This document shows, piece by piece, positions 14,044 through 30,385 of a stretch of 64,000 bases of DNA. The translations under genes were made by a program, and so were the position numbers. Location of the stretch: assembly GCA_951406725.2 (NCBI GenBank), contig OX597835.1, forward strand, positions 44,640,001-44,704,000, in the 5' to 3' direction. The DNA comes from Octopus vulgaris. Taxonomy: Eukaryota. The notes below the pieces were generated by a model. It did no database searches, was not told where the DNA came from, and saw nothing but the letters and a program-made list of their open reading frames with translations. Within the stretch, counting starts at the first letter, position 1. Each line of letters opens with the position of its first letter.

Positions 14044-14480
14044 GACACACACACACTTATCGATTCGTTTTGCAATATTCCTGATGTGAAAACGTGCGTC
14101 AAAATAGATATTGTTGTGTTTCCGGATGGTTATTTTATTAATTTATTATAAATCTTTTTGCCAAATTAACACACGCACGATATTTCATTTCTCCACTCGG
14201 TTATTACTGCTATTTTATTATTTTAATATCTGTCCATTGCCCAGAAATCTCTCGTCGCACATCTGTGACCTCTTCAGAGACATTTTTCCTTTTCTCCATT
14301 CTGGACTAAGTGGAGCAAGAACACACACGTAAACGAAATCTGTAGCTGAAGAAATCACAGATGTATGACCAAAGTTTCCAGGCAAGGAACAGTGATTATA
14401 ATAAAATAACAATAATTAACGAGTGAAGAAAAAAATATAGTGCGCGTGTTTATTTGGCAAAATTAAATAAATAGAAAATA

Positions 14481-14518
<38 letters not shown>

Positions 14519-14520
<2 letters not shown>

Positions 14521-14817
14521 ATGCGCAATGGCCTAGTGGTTAGGGCAGCGGGCTCGCGGTCGTAGGATCGCGGTTTCGATTCCCAGACCGGGCGTTGTGA
14601 GTGTTTATTGAGCGAAAACACCAAAAAAGCTCCACGAGGCTCCGGCAGGGGGTGGTGAACCCTACTGTACTCTTTCACCACACTTTCTCCCACTCTTTCC
14701 TCTGTTGGCCTGCTCGCTTAGCCAGCAGGGTGGCATCATTCGAAGGTTAAAACAATGCGAACGCATTGTGACCAGCGATGTGTAACAACATCTGATGGTC
14801 TGGTCGGTCACGTGATA
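14519..14817 (+). mobile_element. SINE with head H1 and alternative tail T2
   Basis: Head near-identical to the 46483 and 63876 copies; after ~14700 the tail differs (CTGTTGGCCTGCTCGCTTAGCC...GGTCACGTGATA). Confidence 0.85.
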
Positions 14818-14819
14818 TT

Positions 14820-14882
<63 letters not shown>

Positions 14883-15623
14883 GTGAATTTTGATTTCACT
14901 ATAGCTGGAAGTCACGTTGGATATTGTAAACAATACGCTGGTCTTCCAAAAGAATTCTATACATTTTCTGTTTTAAAATTTTATTTGACATAATGACCCT
15001 TATCTGCATGCATCTATCACTAAAATTTATTTCCCTGAAAGCTAGGGGATGAAATATTTCATACTACGGCCGATCTGAATACAGACTTTATAGCCATATA
15101 ACATGTCTCAGTTCATCTATTAGTTTTTCAGTCACCACCAATCGTCCACTACCAAAAGTATAAACTGTCTAAACCATTATACTCCAGTTCGCATCAAACT
15201 GTGGCAACACGTTGAATAAAGCTGCATGGACACGTTTTACCTTTAATTAAATCCAGATGTAGATGAACAAACAGGATGCAAATGAAAAGGATATGGCAGG
15301 ATATCCATGCTCCAGAAAAATATGTAGCGTTGCGCTTTCAATTAGATATCCTGTATAATTAAATGCCTCTAATAATAAAATCTGTGTAGATGGTCAATTT
15401 CCTTTATTTATTTGATCTCTCTTGTAGAAGCGATCACTATGTTTATAATCCAAACGACCGAGGTCAGGAGACCAATCGGGTGACGAACATTGGAATTCTT
15501 TAAACTTAAATAGTTCCAGCTATTCCACACAATTCCATGCATAATTCGATGGATTATACTAGAGTATAATGGTACCTGTTTGGTTCTAATATCTCTATAT
15601 ATTCCTCGTTTATCTGTGTATAC

Positions 15624-15654
<31 letters not shown>

Positions 15655-15678
15655 TATATATGTGTGAGTGTGTGTGTA

Positions 15679-16000
15679 TAAAATATGAACTATATATAAA
15701 ACCACTACTATGCAACTCAAACAGTTATAGACATAAACCAATACATAAATAACAAATAATATAATTAATATAATATATAATATTATATATTATATTATAT
15801 TATCATATATTACATGAATTATATTTATATTATTTGTTATTTATGTATTGGTTTATGTCTATCACTGTTTGAGTTGCCTAATAGTGGTTTTATCTCTAAT
15901 TCATATTTTATTTATTTATACTAGGAAATTTGATTTAATACTAAATCGAATTTTTCCCTGTAAGTTTGGAGCTATACTCACCAATATTATTAATACTTTA
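15679..16000. mobile_element. Foldback insert in (TA)n: ~95-bp imperfect inverted arms (15679-15775 / 15825-15910) plus a one-sided tail
   Basis: AAATATGAA...CAACTCAAACAG.TATAGACATAAACCAATACATAAATAACAAATAAT pairs with its reverse complement. No HHR core was seen. Confidence 0.7.
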
Positions 16001-17091
16001 TATATATATATATATATATGAAAAAAAATTCAAGATAGAAAATGCTAAAACAATTTTATAAAAGACATTTCCGTACCGGTTCCAGCCATTGAGGATTTTT
16101 CAACTTTAAGTATGGAAAACAATTAAATTTAGAAAAATTAAATAAGTTTTTTTAAAAGAATATTTGTATAGTGTTCAAATACAAGTGGCATTTTCCTTGT
16201 CTCTGTACGATATATATATATATATATATATATCGAAAGTAATATAATATGTGCACGTGTACGAAACGACTGACATCATATCAAGTTCACACTCATGGAA
16301 AAATGGAAAAAGTAACTATATCTTCATCTCTTCTACCTATTGACTCTAAGCATTGCTTATTTCACGCTTAAATTTCGACTTTTACTCAACCTCGTTGTAA
16401 TCATTCTATTTATTTTACAGTAATTGAATTATAGATATTTCTTCCTGTAACATGTTGGAAATAGATAAACGGCGCCAATCTTATCTGCCCGCATATTCTA
16501 TAATCATAACCGTGCTACACAATACAATACATAATACATCATCTCTTTATGATTGAGTACGCAGATTACTTCGAAGAATTCACAAAGTCAGCTTCAAATT
16601 TGGCGCCGGTCTCTCTGATAATGAAATCTCGCTACCAGTCACTGATTCGATTTGGAATCCCTAGATTTCGAGGCACTGGAAGATAAATACGCCGTTAACA
16701 TTTTCTACTATGCTTTTCTTATTTATTCTAATCAATTATAATTTGACATTTATCTCCCCCCTTCCTTGACGATTCTAGTTTGGTTACAACTCTTCCTTTG
16801 ACAGCCTAAATGAGGTATTTCTAAGTTCTGATTGGCTGATAGTACTCCCGTCCATATCCATATTGCAATTCCTGCTCTAAGTGTTCATATTTTGTTAAAC
16901 TTCTTAGTCTAACAACATATCAAATGTTGACCGTATTTGGTTGCCCGATGATCAGGAAATTTATTGTATTGTAAAGTATTACGTAACCTTACAATCATTG
17001 CACATTCAGGTAACTGAATGTGCGATCATGCTTCACAATATCCCTAAATGAATCATTATACGGGCACATTCGCTTTTTATTGCATGTGTGA

Positions 17092-17149
<58 letters not shown>

Positions 17150-17184
17150 GTGTGTGTGTATGTCTTTGGCTGTGTGAGTATATG

Positions 17185-17230
<46 letters not shown>

Positions 17231-17419
17231 CATACACTCACACATATATATTTACACAAACACATACACATACATATATATATATATATACATAATTACA
17301 TATATTTATGTGTGTGTGTGTATATGTGTGTGTATCAGTGACATTTGCATTCGCTGATTAATAATGAGACCGATTTTCGTATATTAATTTTTCCTATAAA
17401 GAACTTACTATAGAAGCAG

Positions 17420-18330
17420 TCACAGAGTACATTCTTCACATTATGCCTGGTAAGTTACCTCAAGTATCTAATAAAAGCATCGCAGCCAAAAATATTTAAA
17501 ATTCAGGGTGAGCGTGGAGTGATTGAAACAACGTCCTGGAAGTTGTAAGAAAAGTCAGATATACCAATTTCTGTTTGGTTGTTAAACTTAAGTTACGATA
17601 TTCTACTCACTTTGATGACGAAATACTGGAGGTAAAACTTGCAAAATATCTTGGTGCAACAGAGAAAATTGATCTTCTACTATATTTGGCCTTTTATAAC
17701 CAATTCAAGAAGCTAGCTTGAACTTGAGAATGAGGGAAATGTGTCTCCCGCGAATTGCCACATACAAGTGACCGCCAAATAATGTTTCTAAACTGTATCT
17801 GGTCAACAGATGAGAAATGGGTTGGTTATAGGAGTTTTAACTGCAGCACAGAGTAACTACACCAGAATTATCAAGCTGCAATATATCCGCTTGCAAGAAC
17901 GGTATTGAGTTTTGGGTGGGCTATAAAAGATATCGTTTAGTATGAGATTTTAGTTTTGATTCAAGCAAAATCTTCTTAAGTTTCCTGCGAGACTGCATTG
18001 TGTGAAAAACATCCATTACTTAGAAACCTCAGATAAGTTTCTCTTCCATAAATAAATTTGACCCCACACCACATAAGTCATTTAAAATATTGTGGAATCG
18101 TTCCGATAAGGAAGATGTCTACGCATTTCTAAACATTGCTACAAGAGTATTGCACTTATTTGAATATGTATCTAGAAACCATATAGAAACGAACAAACGG
18201 TAAAACCTGAAGCTATAAAATATAAGAATATGATTTTAAGTCATTCAAGGGATAAGGAATTATTCAAATCCAGTTTTTAAAGACTTTCATCTTGTTGAAG
18301 AGAATTGACAGAAAACGAATGAACGTATAA
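17420..18330 (+). pseudogene. Highly decayed mariner transposase
   Basis: FLNCIWSTDEKWVGY (~17787-17830) resembles the mariner TGDEKW motif; a downstream remnant resembles HDNARPH. Many stops and frameshifts. Confidence 0.5.
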
Positions 18331-18892
18331 ATATTATTCAATCGACAGTATTACGTATCTAATTTGTACTTTTAACTAAACGCTAAAACTCACATATATC
18401 TTTGTATACAGGTTTATGTGCAAATATATGTGTGTATGCGTGTTTGTGCATGTGTGCGTCTATACATATATATATATATATATGTTTATATTTATATGTG
18501 TGTGTGTGTGTGTGGTTGTTTGGCAGTGCCTCTGTATGGATTCATTATATAATTTGATTTTCCAGCGCCTTACACTATCTGTTCCTCTCTGTTCGTATAT
18601 TGATTGTTATCTCTATCAGTACGCAAGTTTCTATAAATTCACAGACATACACATAACGATGTCACAGAATATTAGCAGCCAAACATTTATATATATACGT
18701 ATGCACACGTTCACACATACACACGTCCGCGCGTGTGTGCTCATTGACTCCCACTCACACACACACTCATGTGCTAAACGCGCACTTAACAGAGTACTCA
18801 AATATTTCACTGCATATATATATATATATCTAACTGTTACTAAACATGAATATGTAATCGCGTATTTATGTATGTATGTATGTGTGTATGTC

Positions 18893-18992
18893 ATTATTGA
18901 TTTTTATTTCAAGATTTCTTGCCAATAGAGGAAGAGCCAGCTTCTAATCTAGATCCAAGACTCCATCATTGGATTTTCAACATCAACAGAGT
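18893..18992. repeat. Dispersed, diverged monomer of the 160-bp tandem-array unit
   Basis: TATTTCAAGATTTCTTGCCAATAGAG is identical to the array unit and the rest aligns with it. Confidence 0.85.
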
Positions 18993-19135
18993 ATGTATGT
19001 ATGTATGTATGTATGTATGTATGTATGTATGTATGTATGTATGTATGTATGTATGTATGTATGTATGTATGTATGTATGTATGTATATGTATATATAAAT
19101 ATTTACGTGAAAATATGCATATATATGTATATATG

Positions 19136-19172
<37 letters not shown>

Positions 19173-19414
19173 GAGTAAACACATAAATGTGAAACAAGGT
19201 GGAAAAAAGAGTACTCAAATACCAGTGGTAGAGTAATATGCTTTATTTTAAGCAGCAGAAAATTCAACAAAATCTGTTACTCTGAGTTTCTCGTTGCCGT
19301 TCCTGTTACTAAACATGAATATGTAATCGCGTATTTATGTATGTATGTATGTGTGTATGTCCGAGAAACTCAGAGTAACAGATTTTGTTGAATTTTCTGC
19401 TGCTTAAAATAAAG
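19173..19414. mobile_element. Foldback PLE-like insert in (TA)n: perfect 53-bp arms (19241-19293 / 19362-19414) with a captured local sequence in the loop
   Basis: The arms are exact reverse complements and contain the 3' half of an HHR motif (GAA-ACTC-A-GAGT-A-ACAG). Same family as 39201-39362. Confidence 0.75.
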
Positions 19415-19709
19415 TATATATATATATATATATATTTATACACACAGAAATAAATGTATTACACACACGCATCAACGTATACATGTTTACTTGAGACTTT
19501 CCAAGTAAATGAATTTGATTTGATTTTATTAGAAAGTCATTACAGAAATTAAATTAATCAATATTTAATCACCGATAGACCAATCCGATCATCATTAATT
19601 TCGCATGGTATTAGTCCAAAACAGGAAAGAGGATGCTAAATCTGTGCTGAGTGTCAAGACTATGGTCACACTGATTTTGCTCTTGGGGAAAGTTTCAGAC
19701 ATCCTCTGC

Positions 19710-19941
19710 GTTCAGTTCTATATTTAAGAGATGATGAATGATGTACATTATTTACATAATTGTCCTCAACTTGTTTGTTGTTTACACAACGTTTCGGCTG
19801 ATATAATGTCCAGCCTTCATCAGGTGTCTTGGGGAAATTCCGAACCTGGGTTCTCATTCCTGAGGTATTGTTCGATGGAATCGAACTCGGAATCTTTAGG
19901 TTAGTAGCCCGCGCTCTTAACCACTAAGACATATGCTCGTG
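19710..19941 (-). mobile_element. tRNA-derived SINE carrying a hammerhead-ribozyme motif (copy 2)
   Basis: Reverse complement reads TTAGTGGTTAAGAGCGCGGGC...GAGTTCGATTCC...GACACCTGATGAAGGCTGGACATTATATCAGCCGAAACGTTGTGT. Confidence 0.8.
19784..19827 (-). ncRNA. Minimal type I hammerhead ribozyme motif
   Basis: ACAC-CTGATGA-A-GGCTGG-ACATTATA-TCAGCC-GAAA-CG-TT-GTGT. Core and stems match 491-536 while loop II differs. Confidence 0.7.
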
Positions 19942-20973
19942 TGCAATTATGGCGAGAATTTTAGGGCTTATAAATTTAATATTTTCCTATCCTTCCATAA
20001 CACTTGTTCCCATACACTACTCATATCTGCACTCGGTCTGCTTAGGAGCTTGTTGTGTCCTAACAACATAATAATAACAACATCGAAAAACACCTTAGAA
20101 ACGCGAACCCAGGTTCAAAATTTCCACAAAACTCATCGTCTGCTTTGTCTTGCACCATTTCGTTTACTTGTATCATTTTCGACGAAACATTTAAAGATTT
20201 TGGTATAACATTTCTAAAAGTGTTGTCTATATGTAGCTGCAACGTTCGTTTCTTATAATTTCATCTTAAACAAAATGACTTCCATTATTTTGCCAAAGAT
20301 ATTTCAAATATTATCTTCTTCAACATTTACATTTACTCTTCATTTAAGGAACCTTCCCCCGTGGGACAGAACCACAGATTCGAAGCTGAAAAATAAAATA
20401 AATGAAACGGTAGAAGGAAGGAATGGAAAACTGACCAGTTACTGGAAATGGGAAATCTTAAGAAAAAATTTATCGCTGAGCACTATTATGAGTTAGAATA
20501 GGAGTGCAAGATCCATAGAGTATCAGCCATGTCGATGCGTACAGAGAGATAATATTCCCCGTAGGAAACACTGGAATGAGTATGTGCCTGAACGAAAAAA
20601 GCGTTTGGTAGATTACCAAGAGTAATTAAGAGAAATGGAATGGGTACGAAGCGAAAAATGGATGAAAGGCAGATGCCGGATTTGAGAAATATTGAAACAG
20701 AAATCAAAGAGAAGGACGATTTCGTACACTTGTAAGACAATGTTATAACGGTTTCTATCCAACAACCTCGTGATGTTGTGTAGCACATTATCATAAATCT
20801 TATAAAATAATCAACAAATATAGAGCCTAAATTATGATTTAAATTAGAATATGAAACACTATTACAAAGTATGAACCCCTTTCATGTTCTGATTCTTATT
20901 ACGTTATGAGTCGAAACAAAACAAAATAAAAAAGATCACTATCACAATCAGTGCAGAACGGAATTTTAATGTA

Positions 20974-21487
20974 CGGTAATTACTCCCCATATCGCGGTTC
21001 ATCTATCGCGCTCTCAGTACATCGCGGATTTTTTCTGGGCATCGCGGATTTTTTCTGGCTAATATATGTAAATTTATATCTTGGTCTCCTCAGTTTATCG
21101 CGGATTTCTGCGGCCGATAGGTATTTATATTTCTTTAGGTTTTAATTATTTCTGAGGTAAAATATGCATTTTTAAACCAATAAATAAATAGATAAATAAA
21201 TAAAAATACAGAAGAGTACTGCACTGTATAACATATTTAGTAGAATATATTAAAAGAAGATATGTAGTGAACCATTGATGAGTAAACAAGGAATCGGAGA
21301 TACTGTATAGAAAACGAAACTCGGGAGGCGAGTGCGGTGTGTTATTTTGCATTTATAATAAAATAAATATATACAAATTATAAAAATGATGAAAAAAATA
21401 TTCAGTAAATACTGTTTCTACTTCACGAATTTTCACCTATCCCAGGGGTTTTGAAACAGAATACCCGCGATAGTCGAGGGATCACTA
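20974..21487. mobile_element. Tigger/pogo-like (Tc1/mariner superfamily) MITE, diverged
   Basis: TA-flanked imperfect TIRs CGGTAATTACTCCCCATATCGCGG / CCGCGATAGTCGAGGGATCACTA, with repeated ATCGCGGATTT subterminal motifs. Confidence 0.65.
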
Positions 21488-21865
21488 TATAGACAAACAC
21501 AAACATACATATGCATACGCAAATTAGCAAAGTATATCATTACTTCTCCTCTTACGGAATATATATATCTATTTCTCTGACTGGACGAAAATTTATTATA
21601 AAAAACTTCTTACGTCATACACGATTACCAAATTAAGTGCTATTCGGAAGAATATAAAAATGTGCTGATCCGATTTCATACGGTATGAAGAAATGATTTC
21701 ATAATTTCTACTATATTGGTTATCGAAACACATGTAAAGGTGACATTGGTGAGCAAAATAATATTATTTTGTTTCAAACATTTCGTTTTCCATAATATTT
21801 TTGATTGTATGCATTTCTGGAAAGCTGGTTACGCTAAAACCACGTCTGCTGCTGCACAAATATTG

Positions 21866-21921
<56 letters not shown>

Positions 21922-21964
21922 TTATATATACATTATATATATATATATATATATACATATATAT

Positions 21965-22031
<67 letters not shown>

Positions 22032-22674
22032 TATATATAAAATAAATAATTATATATGCATATACACAAATATAATGATACAACATACATGCACACACGC
22101 ATACACATATATATTCTATTTATATATCCTGCATCCATAAACACATATATAATATGATAGAATAGGATATAATGCGTACACACACATGCACACGCAAACA
22201 CACACACACGCAAGCGCGCGCACACACACGCACACGCGCATATATATTGTCTGAAATTTCATTTACTTCTGCATTTTCAATCATAGACAAAGGAAAACGG
22301 CAGGCGCATTTCAATGTCTCCTGCCGGAAATAATGCACGAGAAATGTCACTCTATCAAACGTATGTTTGCGCAAGTTGCGCGTATTCGTTCCCGTAGCAT
22401 TTATAATATACGAAACGAATTTTGTATTCATAAACGCCAATGTTCATATACTTGCAAGTGAAATAGTTTTATTTATTAAGATTTCTTTGCAAAAATTACA
22501 TGTGAGCACGTGATGAAATTCCAGCATCACTTTGCTTGGTTACAGAGAGTTTCACAGGCAGCGTTTATACATTACGTGGCATATCGGATTTACACGCGAG
22601 AATATGACATATTGGATGCAGGGCAGCTATGTCACAGCGGGAGAAAGTGTAGCATTTAACATTAAATATACAAT

Positions 22675-23075
22675 AGTGGCTGTATGGTAAGTAGCTTGTT
22701 TACCAACCACTTGGTTCCGGGTTCAGTCCCACTGCGTGGCATGTTGGGCAAGTGTCTTCTGCTATAGCCTCGGGCCGACTAAAGCCTTGTGAGTGGATTT
22801 TGTAGATGGAAACTGAAAGAAGCCCGTCGTATATATATATGTGTGTGTGTATGTTTGTGTGTCTGTGTTTGTCCCCCTAGTATTGCTTGACAACCGATGC
22901 TGGTGTGTTTATGTCGCCGTCACTTAGCGGTTCTGCAAAAGAGACCGATAGAATAAATACTGGGCTTACAAAGAATAAGTCCCGGGGTCGATTTGCTCGA
23001 CTAAAGGCGGTGCTCCAGCATGGTCACAGTCAAATGACTGAAACAAGTAAAAGAGTAAAAGAGAAAGTAAAGAGT
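22675..23075 (+). mobile_element. SINE family B (GTGGCTGTGTGGTAAG head, internal TA/TG tract, (TAAAAGAG)n tail), full length
   Basis: tRNA-like head with GGTTCAGTCCC, CORE-like TTGGGCAAGTGTCTT; at least 5 other copies in the window. Confidence 0.85.
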
Positions 23076-23127
23076 ATGTATGTATGTATGGATGGATGGA
23101 TGTATGTATACATGCATGTATGCATAT

Positions 23128-25567
23128 ATGTATGTATGTACGCATCCAGATTTGTATGTTTTCTTTTATGGCCTCATTCAGATATATTTCAAGATTTCTT
23201 GCCAATAGAGAAAGAGTCAGTTTCGAACCTAGTTCCACGGCTTCTTCATTGGAACCTCAACAGCATCAACAAGGTATTTCTGCATGTATGTATGTATGTG
23301 CGCATGTAGATTTGTATGTTTTCTTTTATGGCCTCATTCAGATATATTTCAAGATTTCTTGCCAATAGAGAAAGAGTCGGTTTCGAACCTAGTTCCACGG
23401 CTTCTTCATTGGAACCTCAACAGCATCAACAAGGTATTTCTGCATGTATGTATGTATGTGCGCATGTAGATTTGTATGTTTTCTTTTATGGCCTCATTCA
23501 GATATATTTCAAGATTTCTTGCCAATAGAGAAAGAGTCGGTTTCGAACCTAGTTCCACGGCTTCTTCATTGGAACCTCAACAGCATCAACAAGGTATTTC
23601 TGCATGTATGTATGTATGTGCGCATGTAGATTTGTATGTTTTCTTTTATGGCCTCATTCAGATATATTTCAAGATTTCTTGCCAATAGAGAAAGAGTCGG
23701 TTTCGAACCTAGTTCCACGGCTTCTTCATTGGAACCTCAACAGCATCAACAAGGTATTTCTGCATGTATGTATGTATGTGCGCATGTAGATTTGTACGTT
23801 TTCTTTTATGGCCTCATTCAGATATATTTCAAGATTTCTTGCCAATAGAGAAAGAGTCGGTTTCGAACCTAGTTCCACGGCTTCTTCATTGGAACCTCAA
23901 CAGCATCAACAAGGTATTTCTGCATGTATGTATGTATGTGCGCATGTAGATTTGTATGTTTTCTTTTATGGCCTCATTCAGATATATTTCAAGATTTCTT
24001 GCCAATAGAGAAAGAGTCGGTTTCGAACCTAGTTCCACGGCTTCTTCATTGGAACCTCAACAGCATCAACAAGGTATTTCTGCATGTATGTATGTATGTG
24101 CGCATGTAGATTTGTATGTTTTCTTTTATGGCCTCATTCAGATATATTTCAAGATTTCTTGCCAATAGAGAAAGAGTCGGTTTCGAACCTAGTTCCACGG
24201 CTTCTTCATTGGAACCTCAACAGCATCAACAAGGTATTTCTGCATGTATGTATGTGCGCATGTAGATTTGTACGTTTTCTTTTATGGCCTCATTCAGATA
24301 TATTTCAAGATTTCTTGCCAATAGAGAAAGAGTCGGTTTCGAACCTAGTTCCACGGCTTCTTCATTGGAACCTCAACAGCATCAACAAGGTATTTCTGCA
24401 TGTATGTATGTATGTGCGCATGTAGATTTGTATGTTTTCTTTTATGGCCTCATTCAGATATATTTCAAGATTTCTTGCCAATAGAGAAAGAGTCGGTTTC
24501 GAACCTAGTTCTACGGCTTCTTCATTGGAACCTCAACAGCATCAACAAGGTATTTCTGCATGTATGTATGTATGTGCGCATGCAGATTTGTATGTTTTCT
24601 TTTATGGCCTCATTCAGATATATTTCAAGATTTCTTGCCAATAGAGAAAGAGTCGGTTTCGAACCTAGTTCCACGGCTTCTTCATTGGAACCTCAACAGC
24701 ATCAACAAGGTATTTCTGCATGTATGTATGTATGTGCGCATGTAGATTTGTACGTTTTCTTTTATGGCCTCATTCAGATATATTTCAAGATTTCTTGCCA
24801 ATAGAGAAAGAGTCGGTTTCGAACCTAGTTCCACGGCTTCTTCATTGGAACCTCAACAGCATCAACAAGGTATTTCTGCATGTATGTATGTATGTGCGCA
24901 TGTAGATTTGTATGTTTTCTTTTATGGCCTCATTCAGATATATTTCAAGATTTCTTGCCAATAGAGAAAGAGTCGGTTTCGAACCTAGTTCCACGGCTTC
25001 TTCATTGGAACCTCAACAGCATCAACAAGGTATTTCTGCATGTATGTATGTATGTGCGCATGTAGATTTGTATGTTTTCTTTTATGGCCTCATTCAGATA
25101 TATTTCAAGATTTCTTGCCAATAGAGAAAGAGTCGGTTTCGAACCTAGTTCCACGGCTTCTTCATTGGAACCTCAACAGCATCAACAAGGTATTTCTGCA
25201 TGTATGTATGTATGTGCGCATGTAGATTTGTATGTTTTCTTTTATGGCCTCATTCAGATATATTTCAAGATGTCTTGCCAATAGAGAAAGAGTCGGTTTC
25301 GAACCTAGTTCCACGGCTTCTTCATTGGAACCTCAACAGCATCAACAAGGTATTTCTGCATGTATGTATGTATGTGCGCATGTAGATTTGTATGTTTTCT
25401 TTTATGGCCTCATTCAGATATATTTCAAGATTTCTTGCCAATAGAGAAAGAGTCGGTTTCGAACCTAGTTCCACGGCTTCTTCATTGGAACCTCAACAGC
25501 ATCAACAAGGTATTTCTGCATGTATGTATGTATGTGCGCATGTAGATTTGTATGTTTTCTTTTATGC
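23128..25567. repeat. Tandem array of a 160-bp unit, 15 complete copies plus one partial, nearly identical
   Basis: The unit recurs every 160 bp (23151, 23311, ... 25547; one 156-bp interval) with only scattered single-base variants and no spacers. Confidence 0.97.
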
Positions 25568-26399
25568 AGGTATTCTCATGCATATACCTCCGTATCTAGA
25601 CATGAGTAAATATACTTAAATGATAAGCATCTGGAAAGTTTTACATATTTTCACAATTCCAATGATAGCCCGTATCTATAGTTTTCGAATCAGTTTTCTC
25701 ATTTCTGATATTCCTTAAGTTTGTCACTCAACGCGTTCAGTTACGTCACTGAAAAAGGTGACAAAACCTTTTTTGAGCCAATAGAATTAAGAGGGTCTGT
25801 AAACATATGACTGGATTGCTGTGCTGGTTACCCGTCGATGCACACACACCCTGTCCACTTATTCACCTAAAGATTGGAATCATTGAGATGCCTTACCAAT
25901 ATTCTCTGTATCACTAATAGATTGCATTTGTAGAATCCACATCAATTTAATTTGCTCTTTCTCCAAAACCCTGTTTTTTTTATGTTTAATATTTCGTGTG
26001 GGTGTGTAGGCACAAATAAGAATTTATGTTGAAGTTACAAGAGCTGCGTGTTCTGCATCAGTTCAGCATGTTCTCTTTTTCATGGATCTTTCATTTTACA
26101 TCGAGATCCGAGGAGTAAGTTGCGCGCGCGCGTACACACACACACGCACATACAAACACACGTACAGGCACACACATAGAGGCACACACATGCACACACT
26201 CACGGACACCCTATAATATCTGTGTGCGTGTGTATGCCGTGTGTATGCGCGTGTGTGTATGTGTGTGTATGCGTATGTGCGTGTGTGTACGTATTTTTAA
26301 GCCCAGGCCTGGCATTGTGGCAATAAGTTTCCCTTGTGGATTTGGTTGACAAATTCTGAAAGAAGCTGGTCGTGTTTGCGTGTGTATATATATATAAAA

Positions 26400-26721
26400 G
26401 ACCCCCTTCGGTCATGAATGACCATGGGATTGCACCTAGAAAGTTACCCTCCTAGACACAAGTCCGGGCAAGGTTGTTTATGGAAGGCCAGCAGTCGCCC
26501 ATGCATACCAGCCTCCCCTCTCCACGCCACCAGTGTTATCCAAGGGAAAGACAAAGGTCGATACAGCTTGGCACCTGTGACGTCGCAACTCATTTCTACA
26601 GCTGAGTGAACTGGAGCAACGTGAAATAAAGTGCCTTGCTCAAGAACACAACACGCAGCCCGGTCCGGGATTCGAGCTCACAACCTCACGATCGTAAGCT
26701 CGACGCTCTAACCACTGAGCC

Positions 26722-26722
<1 letters not shown>
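26400..26722 (-). mobile_element. SINE with head H2 and tail T3
   Basis: Reverse complement: GGCTCAGTGGTTAGAGCG...GAGCTCGAATCCC, CORE-like GTGTTCTTGAGCAAGGCACTTTATTTCACGTTGCTCCAG, and a tail different from the 47226 copy. Confidence 0.85.
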
Positions 26723-26781
<59 letters not shown>

Positions 26782-27365
26782 ATCGCAAGATAGATCTCGA
26801 TCGGTTTTCAACGAACTTCTAGTATCCAGCACCAGTGTCCACTTCTGCTTATTGTTTGACTTGTATTTTCATACCCTGATCTACACAAGAGGTTTCGAAA
26901 ATCGGTTGTCAGAAACCAACATCGCCTTAGAACTCTAAAGGTGTCAGCTTAACAGATTCCTTTTTGTCTAACATGTCTGATGTATTGAGAATCTGTTTTT
27001 GTAGGGCAATCTTTCCGTGGCATATTGAAAAATTTAAGAACCATGCTCATGTATGTACCACACTTCCTACTTAATTGCATTTCTCACCACCTTTATTATG
27101 TTTGAAAAAAGCCATTAAATAGCTCAGATTCTAATACAGCATACATGATTTTCGACAGAAAGCTTAGATTTCCATATTGGGTTGAGACATTTTAAGATTT
27201 TAATCTATATACTAAGCTGAAGCTTACGTGATACGAGATTGAAATCTGATTTTGCATATAAGCCGTATGTTGCGACCAAGATATGTGAAACGTAACTTGT
27301 TTTTTTCCCCTTTCATAATTCCCTACAAAGCAAGATTACATCTCCAAAGTTGTATCCCACCCTAA

Positions 27366-27434
<69 letters not shown>

Positions 27435-27714
27435 TGCTCGTGTACCTGTGTGTGCATGAACTTGTTTGTGTGTGCGTGTGGATAATTGTGTATACATAGA
27501 CGTACTGCAATATATAGGGGTGTGCGCATATAGATATTTACTGTTTTATTTTTCTTCATAGTTATTTATAAACATCCGACTGTGGAACTATGGGTAACAT
27601 TACGAAGAAACTCATAAATTACACTTAGTTTTATGATGCGAAATATATATTAATTCTGTAATATTTTTGCGTTCGTTTTGACCTAACTTGTAACCGCTGT
27701 GTACGATACACTAA

Positions 27715-30385
<2,671 letters not shown>

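Noticed and set aside
20330-20820. Purine-rich stretch resembling a decayed LINE 3' region
   Set aside because: No diagnostic motif could be read with confidence.
23200-23360. Hammerhead ribozyme in the 160-bp satellite unit
   Set aside because: CUGUUGA and GAAAC are present on the minus strand, but six extra bases separate stem II from GAAA and no stem I closes; not called as a feature.
23128-25567. Possible CRISPR array or tandem small-gene cluster (repeated 61-70 aa ORFs)
   Set aside because: Units are identical end to end with no unique spacers and no cas genes, the context is eukaryotic, and the ORFs are by-products of the repeat.
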